A DNA stretch of 64,000 bases from an uncultured delta proteobacterium (GTDB taxonomy: Bacteria; Myxococcota; Kuafuiibacteriia; Kuafuiibacteriales; Kuafuiibacteriaceae), in the NCBI GenBank assembly GCA_963803435.1, contig CAWDML010000001.1, positions 2,912,001 through 2,976,000 of the forward strand. The letters run 5' to 3'. The position numbers were made by a program, and so were the translations under genes. Positions 9,953 to 19,094 of this stretch are shown one piece after another (position 1 is the stretch's first letter; every line of letters starts with the position of its first letter). The notes under the pieces were generated by a model. It was not told the DNA's origin. It did not search any database and was given only the letters and a program-made list of their open reading frames with translations.

Positions 9953-11649
9953 GGCTTGATGAACCCGGCGAGCGACCGGGCTCGCGCGCCCAGCGGCGGC
10001 GAGATCTCGGGATCGACCAGGACCTCGATCACCGAGGGCACGCGCGACGCCAGCGCCTCTTCGACGACCTGGCGGACCTGCGACGGCGAATCGACCGTGA
10101 ACGTGTTCATGCCCATGGCGCGCGCGATCGCAGCGACCTCGATGTTCCGGCGGTACCGGATCCCCATCAGCTTGCGCTGGTGCTCGGAGACCTTGTCGCT
10201 GGCATGCCAGGTGATGCCGTGCATGTTGTTGTTCTCGACGATCCACACCACCGGGACGTCGTACTCGCGGGCAGTCAACAGATCCATGCCGTTCATCGTG
10301 AAGCAGGCGTCGCCGACGATCGCGATGACGGGGCGCCCTGGGTTCGCCAGCGCCGCGCCGATCGGCGCCACCGTGCCGTGACCCATCGAGCCGAACCCGA
10401 GGTTGAGCAGGAAGCGCTGCTGGGCCCGAACCTCGAGGTCGTGGAGGTTGAAGAGCATGTGGCCCCCGATGTCGGAGAAGATCAGCGCGTCGTCCGGCAA
10501 CGCGCTCATCAGCTCGACGCGCCAGCGCTGGGGCGTCATCGGGTCGGCGGAGGAGGCGCGCAGATCGGGTCGATCGTAGCGGGCCTCGCCCGAAGGCGGA
10601 GGAGGAAGGCGCGGCCAGATCGACTTGGGTGCCTCGCCTTCGCGAAGGCGACGATGCACGTGATAGACCAGCTCGACCAGGATCGTCTGCGCGTCGCCGA
10701 TGAGCGGCAGGTCGACCGGATAGTTGCGGCCGATCCGATCCGCGTCGATGTCGATCTGAATGAGGCGGTCGGTGGGGCGGAGCCGCGGATCCCAGGTGAG
10801 CGTGGTGGTCTCGTTGAGCGAGGCACCGATGGTGAGCAGGACGTCCGCGTCGTCGCCCAGGATCGTCTCCCGCGCAGCGCGGTGACCGGCCAACCCCAGC
10901 ACGCCCAGCGAGAGCTCGTGGTCCTCAGGGAACAGACCCTTGCCGCGGGGCGTGGTGGCGACGCGGGCGGGAAGCATCTCGGCGAGGGTGCGCACGTGCT
11001 CGGTCGCCCGCGCCACCGCGACGCCGGAGCCCGCGAGGAAGACGGGACGCTTCGCGGCGAGCAGCGCCTCGGAGGCCGCCTGCACGGCCCGCCGATCGAA
11101 GGTCCGGGTCTCGGTGCGGTACGTCGACGGCTGGAACCAGTCCTCGTGGGCCTCCTGCTCCCAGAGATCGACGGGGACGTTGAGGTGGACCGGACCCGGC
11201 CGGCCGGAGAGCGCCAGGCGCAGCGCGCGCCGCAGGTGGTGCGCCATGCTCTGCGCCGACGTCACCATCGTCGAGTACTTCGCCACCGGCCGGAACATCG
11301 CGACGATGTCGATGTCCTCGCGCGTGGTCTCCTGCGCCGCCCCGCGACCGAGCGCGTGCGAGGCGGCCTGACCCGTCAGCACCAGCATCGGCACGCCGTC
11401 GGCGAAGGCGCAGGCGACGCCGGTCAAGAGGTTGGTGGCGCCGGGTCCGCTCGTCCCGGCGCAGACCGCGATCCCGCGGCCAGCGCGCGCGAATCCGTCG
11501 GCCATGAACGCGGCGCCTTCCTCGTGCTTCGGGACGATCAGGCGAAGCTCTTCGTCGTACTCGACGGCTTCGAAGAACGGATGGAGCAGCCCACCCGGGA
11601 TCCCGAAGACCACGCTCGCTCCTTCCGCTTTGAGATATTCGAGAAACAC
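9949..11649 (-). CDS. Thiamine diphosphate-dependent enzyme (acetolactate synthase-like/carboligase family)
   Basis: VFGIPGG, HEEGAAFMADGFAR (activating Glu), TSGPGATN, GPVHLNVP, GSMG, ThDP motif GDACFTM...NN. The true start may be slightly upstream (~11699). Confidence 0.88.
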   Translation of the reverse strand: MFLEYLKAEGASVVFGIPGGLLHPFFEAVEYDEELRLIVPKHEEGAAFMADGFARAGRGIAVCAGTSGPGATNLLTGVACAFADGVPMLVLTGQAASHALGRGAAQETTREDIDIVAMFRPVAKYSTMVTSAQSMAHHLRRALRLALSGRPGPVHLNVPVDLWEQEAHEDWFQPSTYRTETRTFDRRAVQAASEALLAAKRPVFLAGSGVAVARATEHVRTLAEMLPARVATTPRGKGLFPEDHELSLGVLGLAGHRAARETILGDDADVLLTIGASLNETTTLTWDPRLRPTDRLIQIDIDADRIGRNYPVDLPLIGDAQTILVELVYHVHRRLREGEAPKSIWPRLPPPPSGEARYDRPDLRASSADPMTPQRWRVELMSALPDDALIFSDIGGHMLFNLHDLEVRAQQRFLLNLGFGSMGHGTVAPIGAALANPGRPVIAIVGDACFTMNGMDLLTAREYDVPVVWIVENNNMHGITWHASDKVSEHQRKLMGIRYRRNIEVAAIARAMGMNTFTVDSPSQVRQVVEEALASRVPSVIEVLVDPEISPPLGARARSLAGFIKP

Positions 11650-11695
11650 GTCGATGGCGCGGAGCGCCGTCGGAGCTCGGTTTCTCGCGCGGATC

Positions 11696-13424
11696 TCACT
11701 TGTTCGACATCCTCCGGATCGTCACGACCCGTCCGAAGGCCTCGTCCGGACTTGCTGCGCGACGCATCCGACTTCATGACGATCGGGAAGTGCGCCCAGA
11801 ACGTGGAGCCCAGCCCCTCCTTCGACATCACCTCGAGCTTGCCGCCCACCTGATCGAGCAGCTGCACCACGACCGAGAGCCCGAGCCCGTAGCTCTCGAA
11901 GTCCCCGCGTTGGATCGGCACCTTACGGGCTTCGAAGATCTTCGAGATCTCCTCCTGCTTGATTCCGCAGCCGGTGTCCGAGATCTTGATCGTCAGGAAC
12001 CCTGGCGTGCCGTCGAGCTCGACGACGATGCTGCCGCGGGCCGTGTACTTCGCAGCGTTCGTGAGGAGGTTGTCGACCACGCGATCGAACACGAGGGCGT
12101 CGGTGATGATCGTCTCGGGGACCTCGCGGTTGGAGAACACGCTAACCCGCACGTCCCGGCCGCGGACCAGCGCGTTGAGGCGCTTGCGCAGGCGATCACC
12201 GAGCGGGGCGGCCTCGAGCGCCTTTCCCTCGAGCGGGATCATCGAGTTGTCGGAGACGGCGATGTCGATCAGCTCTTCGAGGAGCCGCTTCATGCGCTCG
12301 ACCGCGACCTCGTGGTTCTCGACGAGATCCTGGGCGTGGGGCCCGTCGTCGGCCAGGTACTCGCGGAGGAAGTCGGTCTCCACCGCCAGCCAGGTCAACG
12401 GATTGCGCAGATCGTGCGAGACGCCGCGGAGCGTCGTCTGGCGCACGCGATTCAGCTCGGTGACGCGCTCCACGACGGCGTCCAGCGCGGCCGAGCGCTC
12501 CGCGACGCGCGCTTCCATGATCCGCGCCCAATCGCGCTGGCGCTGGTTCAGCTCGAAGAGCTCGCGTCTCGCCTCGGCGTCCTCGCGGGCCACCGCCGTG
12601 AAGGCGCCCTGGAGGTCCTGCCCGAACCTGAGGTTGGCGCGATTGGTGCGCCGCAGCTCGAGGGCGTAGCCGACCACGCCCCCTAGGACCCCGGTCATGC
12701 TCATCAATGGAATGGCGAAATCGAGCTGCGTGAAGATCAGCCCGAGCACCAATCCCAAGAGGACGCCGGCGAGGACCGGGAGGTCTCGCCGATGCTGGTG
12801 GATGCGAACCTCGTACTCGCAACACTGGTCGCCGTGGGCGATGCACGACTTCTCCGTGAGATAGGCAGGAGGCAGCCCCCAGAGTGTGGGAAAGTTCGCC
12901 GTGTGCGCCTGACGCGAGAGGCACATCAACCGGCTCTCCGGGTGCTGGCTCGTATAGCGGCACGTGAAGTGGGTCGCCGTGTGCCAGGTATTCTCGATCT
13001 TGGAGATCGAGCTGATCATGTGGTGGCTCTTGGCGCCGAACTCGTAGACTTGCTTGGGCGAGAGGGCCATCACAACGAAGCGAAGCACCCCGTATCCTTC
13101 GCTTCCGAATCGATGGATGCAGGCATCCGTGAACTCTTGATCGTCGCCCATCAACGCGCGGGCGCCGGCGAGCAGCGACTCGAACTGGGAGAGCGTGACC
13201 CAGTGTGAACGGCCGTCCAGACTCTGCCGGTCGATGTCGGCCTCCGAACAGACCGCATCGAGCGCTTCCGAACCGTAGCGGTCCTGTACGAACTGCGCGA
13301 AGGTATGAAGGATCCGGAGGTTGAGGTCCGGGCTCCGTTCGGGCGCCGTATCCTCAACCTGTTGGAGCTTTTGGACCGTCTCGGCCGCCCTCTCCCTCAC
13401 GATCGAATCCCAAATATGCCACAC
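11696..13424 (-). CDS. Sensor histidine kinase with N-terminal H-NOX/V4R-like domain and 2 TM helices
   Basis: V4R-type EKSCIAHGDQCCEYEV; TM hairpin; H-box SHDLRNPL; N-box NLLTNAAKYT; DTGCGI; GLGL. The track ORF runs to 11538, but a more natural end (RVVTIRRMSNK*, stop at 11696) appears after an indel near 11755. Confidence 0.85.
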
Positions 13425-13494
13425 GGGGATGGCGTAGACCGAGGATCTGTTGTGGGGTCCCGGCCGGGTGGGGATTCCGGGGCAGACGAGGCGC

Positions 13495-13521
13495 TAAAGT
13501 AGCAGGACATTGGTCCGATAG
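13495..13521 (+). promoter_or_regulatory. Putative sigma28 (FliA) promoter
   Basis: TAAA-N15-TCCGATAG versus consensus TAAA-N15-GCCGATAA, ending 10 nt before the ATG at 13532. Confidence 0.5.
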
Positions 13522-13531
13522 AGCCGGCACC

Positions 13532-15686
13532 ATGGACCGCCGTGACTCCTACCGTCTCTCACTCGAACAGGGCCAAGCCCGTGTTCTCACAGCAGGTGGA
13601 GACCGCCTCCCGCTGGTCGACATCAGCGCGGGTGGCATGGCCGTGGTGGTTTCACCGTTGTCCCTTCCACTTCTTTCGGCAGCGCCGACCACGATCCACC
13701 TGGGCGGGCGCTCGTTCGACGCGATGATCGATCCGGTCCGTATGGACCCGACCTGCGACGCGAGGGTGCGGGTCGGCGGTCGATTCCGAGCGCTGTCCGA
13801 GAACGGGCGCCGGACGCTGGCCCGATTCCTCGTGGACGGCTTCCTCGAGCAGAACCGCCTCCTCGATCGTCTCGAATCCGCCGGGAGCCCGTGCCTGTCG
13901 TGGCAGGACCCGAAGCGCATCGAGGCGCTGCTTCGCCTCCACGCGTTGAAGCAGAACCTGCTGCGCGTCTACGTCGGTGGCTGCACGGCACCTTCGATGC
14001 ACGTACGGCTGGTCGCGGTCGTGAAGGATCGGGAGCGGCCGGAGCTCATCGTCGAGGCGGTGGGTGAGGCTGCGCCCCTCGACGAATCGCAGCTCACCGT
14101 GGTGATCGCGGATCACGGCTCCGTCTATCAGTTCCGCACCTGGATCCGGCACAGTGCGTTCCGGCTCCTCCATCTCGCCTTTCCGCTGGAGCTCCGGCAG
14201 TCCGGCTTTCGCGACTCCATCCGCACCGGCCTACCCGAGGACGTCGCCCATGTCCGGCTGGGCGGGCCGCTCGATGCGCTCTTCGTGGTCAGCGACGTCG
14301 GTGCGCGCGGCTTCTCGTTCGCGAGCGATGAGCTGAGCGCGATGGTCCCCGGCCAGCACCTCCCCGCACTCCAGATCCAGATCCCGGGGCACGAGGTCCG
14401 CGGAGCCGGCGTCGTTCGATTTGTCAGCGGCGTCGCCGGAGAGCGCCATCGCTACGGGGTCGAGATCCTCGACTTCGAGAGCGCAGCGGAGCAAAAGCGA
14501 TGGGCCAGCTTCGTCTTCCATCGGACACATCCGAACGTCACGCTCGACACGCCGAAGGCCTTCGCCCCCGCGTGGTACCTTCTCAACGCCTCCGACTACA
14601 TTTCAGGGTGGACACCCGAGCGCGAGCGCGGCCGGATTGCCCGCGCCTACGGGAAGAGCTGGCGGTCGGTGTCCGAGAGCAACGGCCATCTCCTGCTCCT
14701 CCACCGCGAGGGGCGCGCGATTGGGACCGTCGCCGGAAGCCGCGTGTTCCCCAGGAGCTGGATGGTCCATCACCTCGGCGTCGACCGTAAGGAGCGCACC
14801 GCCGGCAAGCGCGAGGAGTTCCTCGACTATTCGCGGGAGCTGTACTCGGCGATCATGTACATGGTCCAGCACGTCGCGGAGACGCAGTACTTCGCGATCT
14901 GGGTCGAGCAGAACAAGCGCTGGAACGAGCTGCTCTACTCGGACTTCGTCCGCGCCTACTCGGACACGTCGGCCTCCCAGCTGACGCAGAACATGGTGTT
15001 CAAGTATCAGTGCGCGCAAGCCCCGGCACCGGCGCTGGTGGTCCACGAGGATCCGACGCTCGAGATCGTCGCGGCCGGCCCGGAGGAGACGCGCGACTTC
15101 GCGGAACGCCTCCCCGAGGTCATGGAGGCCATCGAGATCGACGCCTTCTCGCTGTCACCTCAGGAGATCTCCATGGGCGCGTTCAGCAGCGAGTGCGCGG
15201 CGACGGGCTACGAGCGAACACGCACGATTCTATCTGGCACGTCGCGACTCGGCTCCGATTGCCGGCCTTATCGCCGAGACCGGCCTCGACGGCGCCAACG
15301 TCTTCGGCCTGCTCAACATGTGCCGGATCGTCTCCCTGAGCCCCGGCGTCGCGGTCTCGAGAGAGGTCAAGACCGCGCTCCTCCAAGCCGCGATCCGACA
15401 CTATCGAGAGGCCGGAAAGCTTCAGTTCATTTTCCTCGACGACAGCGGCCCCGCCGACCAGGACGTCATCGCCCTGGGCTTCACAGCGGTCTCACCCGGC
15501 GTCCGCTGGATCGTCCGGCGGGACGTCGTCCCGGGGTGGCTCAGCTATGTCGACGACATTTTCAAGGTCCAAATCAAGAGAAGAGAGAGAACGCACCATG
15601 ACAAATCCATCCGTATCGAAAACCTCGTCGAAGCCCAGCTCGTCGCTCTTCCCGGAGCTCACGCTCCTGGACTCGGCGAGCAGTGA
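13532..15686 (+). CDS. Tandem PilZ-domain protein with GNAT-like C-terminal region; frameshift at ~15228
   Basis: RRDSYR + DISAGG and RDSIR + DVGARG PilZ motifs; then HLLLLHREGRAIGTVAGSRVFPRSWMVHHLGV (GNAT-like strands). Removing one T restores TIYLARRDSAPIAGLIAETG... The end is 15686, or 15601 if a second indel exists. Confidence 0.7.
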
Positions 15687-16824
15687 GCCAATCCCGGCGG
15701 GCCTCGTCCCGTCGCTCGCCAAGGACAGCCGCGCGCTGGTGCTGTGGAACGAGTCCACGGCCGCGGTCCTCGGCTCCGTTCAGACGATTGAGGCCGAGCG
15801 CAGCGACTCGACGCTGCTCGCCTCGATTCCCGAGGCGCACCTGAAGGCGTGCACGCTGGTCTGCCGTACGACCGTCGAGGCTGGGCCGCACGCGGAGGAC
15901 GTCCGCGGGCTCTTGCTCTATCTGGCGCTCACCCGCTGCCGGGTCGCCGGCCGGAAGATCCTGATCGCCAGCTTCGATCGGGAGGCGCCGGAGGTGGCGA
16001 GAGGTCGTTTCGCGCCCATCCCGGGCGCACCGACCATGTTCGCGACCGAGGTCCAGTACGCGGCCTACCAGGTCTTCGACTCGCTCAGCGAGGGCGCAAA
16101 GATCTGGGCCGCCGAGAAGCTCTTGACCCAGGAGCTGGAGGAGACGGTCAAGCGCCGCTGCCACGAGTTCTTGAACAACGCCTTCTTCAAGGCGGTGTTC
16201 GACGGGACCATCTCCAAGAATCAGTACATCGACTCGGTGGCGAACAACCATCAGTTCGTGCGCTGGACGACCCGACTCCTGGGGAGGATTGTGGGCGTCA
16301 CGAGCGATCCGGTCCTTCGCCGGAGCTACATCGAGCACCTCGGCGGCGAGATCGATCACGAGCTGCTGCTCGAGAACGACCTGAGACATCTCGGCGCCGA
16401 CGTCGACTGGGTGAGGCTCGGCATGGTTCCCAATGTCAGCATCCACCAGTTCATGTGCGTTCAGGAGAGCATGAGCGCCTTCCACCAGGACCCGCTGCTG
16501 TTCCTCGCCGTCCCGTTCGCCATCGAGGGTTGCACCGCGTTCATGGGCGAGGCGTTTCTCGAGGCGCTGAAGCGGTGCATCCAGGGCTGGGGCATCGCGA
16601 AGCCGAGCACGGCGTGCACCTTCCTCGCCTCCCACATCCAGTTCGACGGCGGGGACGATGGCCACTGGGAGGGGAGCCGTAAGATGTTCCAGCGATTCCT
16701 CCGCCGGGAGCACGAGCTTCAGCGCGTCCTCAACGTCGTTCACATGGTGATGGACGCGGTCGACCGCGCCTACGAATCGTACGTCGAGACGCCCGATTTG
16801 ACCGGGGTCAGCAGCGCGCTCTGA
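15598..16824 (+). CDS. Heme-oxygenase-like dimetal oxidase (TenA/PqqC/CADD-like fold) with N-terminal accessory domain
   Basis: C-terminal helical domain with HLGGEIDHELLLENDL, FAIEG and SHIQFDGGDDGH metal-ligand pattern; ~170-aa N-terminal region weakly GNAT-like. Confidence 0.72.
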   Translation: MTNPSVSKTSSKPSSSLFPELTLLDSASSEPIPAGLVPSLAKDSRALVLWNESTAAVLGSVQTIEAERSDSTLLASIPEAHLKACTLVCRTTVEAGPHAEDVRGLLLYLALTRCRVAGRKILIASFDREAPEVARGRFAPIPGAPTMFATEVQYAAYQVFDSLSEGAKIWAAEKLLTQELEETVKRRCHEFLNNAFFKAVFDGTISKNQYIDSVANNHQFVRWTTRLLGRIVGVTSDPVLRRSYIEHLGGEIDHELLLENDLRHLGADVDWVRLGMVPNVSIHQFMCVQESMSAFHQDPLLFLAVPFAIEGCTAFMGEAFLEALKRCIQGWGIAKPSTACTFLASHIQFDGGDDGHWEGSRKMFQRFLRREHELQRVLNVVHMVMDAVDRAYESYVETPDLTGVSSAL

Positions 16825-16889
16825 GCGGGACTGGACGTCGTCCTCGGAGTGCTCCAGCATCCCGTCCGGGGCATCGAGCTCTCAGCAGC

Positions 16890-17972
16890 ATGACGGTCAA
16901 GGTCCTGTACGTCGACGACGAGCCGAGCAACCTTCTCGTCTTCAAGGCTCAGTTCAAGAAGCACATGGAGATCTTCACCGCCGGCTCCGGCCGGCAGGCG
17001 CTGGAGATCCTCGAGCACGAAGAGATCCCGGTGGTTCTCTCCGACCAGCGGATGCCGGAGATGAGCGGCGCTGACCTGCTCGCCGAGGTCCGCCGCCGCC
17101 ATCCCGACGTCGTTCGGATGATCGTGACCGCGTACACCGACTTCGCCCAGGTCGTCCGCTCGATCAACGAGAGCCACGTGCAGCGTTACATCACCAAGCC
17201 GTGGGATCCCGGGGAGGTGCAGTCGATCCTCAGCGGGGCGTGCGAGCTCTACTGGAAGGCGAAGGAGAACCGGAGTCTGACCGAGGACGTGCTGCACCAG
17301 GAGCGCTTGGTCGCGATCGGTACGGTGACGGTGGGTTTGGTGCGGGAGCTGGAGGCGATCGGACGGCGCTTCGAGCCGCTCGAGACGCTCGAGAGCAAGG
17401 CCGCCGCTGAGGCCACGAGCGACATCGAGCTGTTCCAGGGGGGCGTGCGCGAGCTCTCGGCGGTGCTGCACGGGCTCCGGCTCTACTCCCGGCGAGCGCT
17501 GCAGGAGGGCCCGAACGAGGAGCTCGAAGATCTGAACATGGTCGTCTCGCTCAGCAGCGAGATCATCCGGCTCTTCCCAATCGCTCGCGGGACGGAAGTG
17601 CTCTCGCTGGAGCGTTGCTCGGATCGTTTGCTGGTCGAGATCGACATCGAGCGCATCAAACAGATCATCGTGAACCTCGCGCTGCACCTGCTCACGCACG
17701 CGAAGGTCGCGACTCCGTCGCTGATGCTGAAGACGAAGGTCGACGGCGACTCCGCGGTGGTCACGCTCTCGGGGGAAGGGATCGGCTTCTCGGATGCATC
17801 GGCGACGGTGCTCGAGGAGGGCCTGCTCGCCGGCGCGAAAGAGACCGAGTCGGGCTTCTGGCTCCTGCTCGCACAAAAGGTGGTCGGGGACCACGGCGGT
17901 CAGATCCGGGGCGGAAAAGGCGGGGTGCTGCTGGAGCTGCGGCTGCCGCTGTCCCGCTCAGAGCTCTCCTGA
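16890..17972 (+). CDS. Receiver-domain protein fused to a degenerate histidine kinase
   Basis: Intact REC (VDDE, SDQRMP, TAY, TKPW). The H-box reads GLVRELEA (His to Arg), and the N/G boxes are eroded. Confidence 0.8.
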   Translation: MTVKVLYVDDEPSNLLVFKAQFKKHMEIFTAGSGRQALEILEHEEIPVVLSDQRMPEMSGADLLAEVRRRHPDVVRMIVTAYTDFAQVVRSINESHVQRYITKPWDPGEVQSILSGACELYWKAKENRSLTEDVLHQERLVAIGTVTVGLVRELEAIGRRFEPLETLESKAAAEATSDIELFQGGVRELSAVLHGLRLYSRRALQEGPNEELEDLNMVVSLSSEIIRLFPIARGTEVLSLERCSDRLLVEIDIERIKQIIVNLALHLLTHAKVATPSLMLKTKVDGDSAVVTLSGEGIGFSDASATVLEEGLLAGAKETESGFWLLLAQKVVGDHGGQIRGGKGGVLLELRLPLSRSELS

Positions 17973-19037
17973 CGGATTCCGCGGCAGCTCGATCGAGAAG
18001 ACGCACCCGCCCGCCGGAAGGTTATGGAAGGCCAGCCGTCCACCGTGCCCTTCGACGATCCGCCGCGTGACGAGCAGCCCGAGACCGGTCCCCGAGGAGC
18101 CCTTGGTCGAGTAGAAGCCTTCGAGGATCCGCGGCGCGAGCTCGTCCGGAACGCCCGGCCCGGTGTCCCGGACCTCGATGCGCACCGACTCCGGCGAATC
18201 GAGGAGACGGACGTAGACCTCACCGCGCCGCGGCGGGCATGCCTCCGCCGCGTTCTTCATCAGGTTGAGGAGCGCATGGAAGAGCGCGGTCGCGTCCACG
18301 TTCGCCGGCGTCGGCGGCGACGGCTCGATCTCGAACCGATTCAGCAGGCGGACGGCCGGGAAGTGCGCCGCCAGATCGGCGGCATCCCGGATGACGTCGC
18401 TCAGATCCTGGACGGCGGGCTTCAGCTGAACCGCGTCGTGACCGCTCCCGCAGAACTTGAGCGATCCGACGAGCGCCCAGTACTTGTCGACGCCGCTGCG
18501 GAGCGTGCTGAGCTCCTCGGTGAGGTCGAGGCCCTTGCCCCAGTCCTCGCGGACGTTCTCGATCACCGCGAGCACCGCGCCGATGTTGGCGAGCTCGTGC
18601 ACCAACCCCGACGCGAGCTGGCCGATGACCACGTTGCGCTCCTCACGGATCAGCCGCTCGCGGAGCAGGCGGTTCTCGCGGCGCTTCTCGAACAGGTCGA
18701 CCCCTGTGTGGAGCGCCTGCAGCATCTCGACGGCGCTCCAAGGCTTCTTGAGATAACCGACGACCTGGCCCCGGTTGATGGCCTCGACGGCCCCTTCGAA
18801 GGTCGGGTGGGCCGTCACGATGACCGTGACGACGTCCGGTTGGCAGCGTCGGGCCTCCCCCAATAGATCGGCGCGCTCGGCGACCACCACCGCAAACTCC
18901 AGCTCGCCTAGGAGATCGATGGCCTCGGCCTGCGTTCGGACCCCGGACACCTCGAACCGGTCCCCAAAGCCTCGCTGAAACAATGCCAGGTTTCCGGCGT
19001 CGGCGTCGGCGTACAGGACCTTGGGTCGCGTCACCAC
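17958..19037 (-). CDS. Hybrid histidine kinase with atypical receiver domain
   Basis: REC-like ADAD...VVVAERAD...TAH...KKPW (phospho-Asp to Glu); intact GLVHELAN, NLMKNAAEA, DTGPG, FYSTK, GTGLGL. Start uncertain (19034-19088). Confidence 0.8.
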   Translation of the reverse strand: MVTRPKVLYADADAGNLALFQRGFGDRFEVSGVRTQAEAIDLLGELEFAVVVAERADLLGEARRCQPDVVTVIVTAHPTFEGAVEAINRGQVVGYLKKPWSAVEMLQALHTGVDLFEKRRENRLLRERLIREERNVVIGQLASGLVHELANIGAVLAVIENVREDWGKGLDLTEELSTLRSGVDKYWALVGSLKFCGSGHDAVQLKPAVQDLSDVIRDAADLAAHFPAVRLLNRFEIEPSPPTPANVDATALFHALLNLMKNAAEACPPRRGEVYVRLLDSPESVRIEVRDTGPGVPDELAPRILEGFYSTKGSSGTGLGLLVTRRIVEGHGGRLAFHNLPAGGCVFSIELPRNPSGEL

Positions 19038-19094
19038 GCTGGGCAGGAATATGACACACGCCTGCCTGCCTCGCGATGTGCTAGGCACTCTCCG

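Noticed and set aside
9949-11649. Housekeeping acetolactate synthase ilvB
   Set aside because: No regulatory subunit or ilvC/ilvD nearby, and the context is sensory and tailoring genes, so no symbol was assigned.
9949-13424. Kinase-ThDP enzyme fusion or long genuine overlap
   Set aside because: The frames differ, and a natural kinase stop appears at 11696 after one indel correction.
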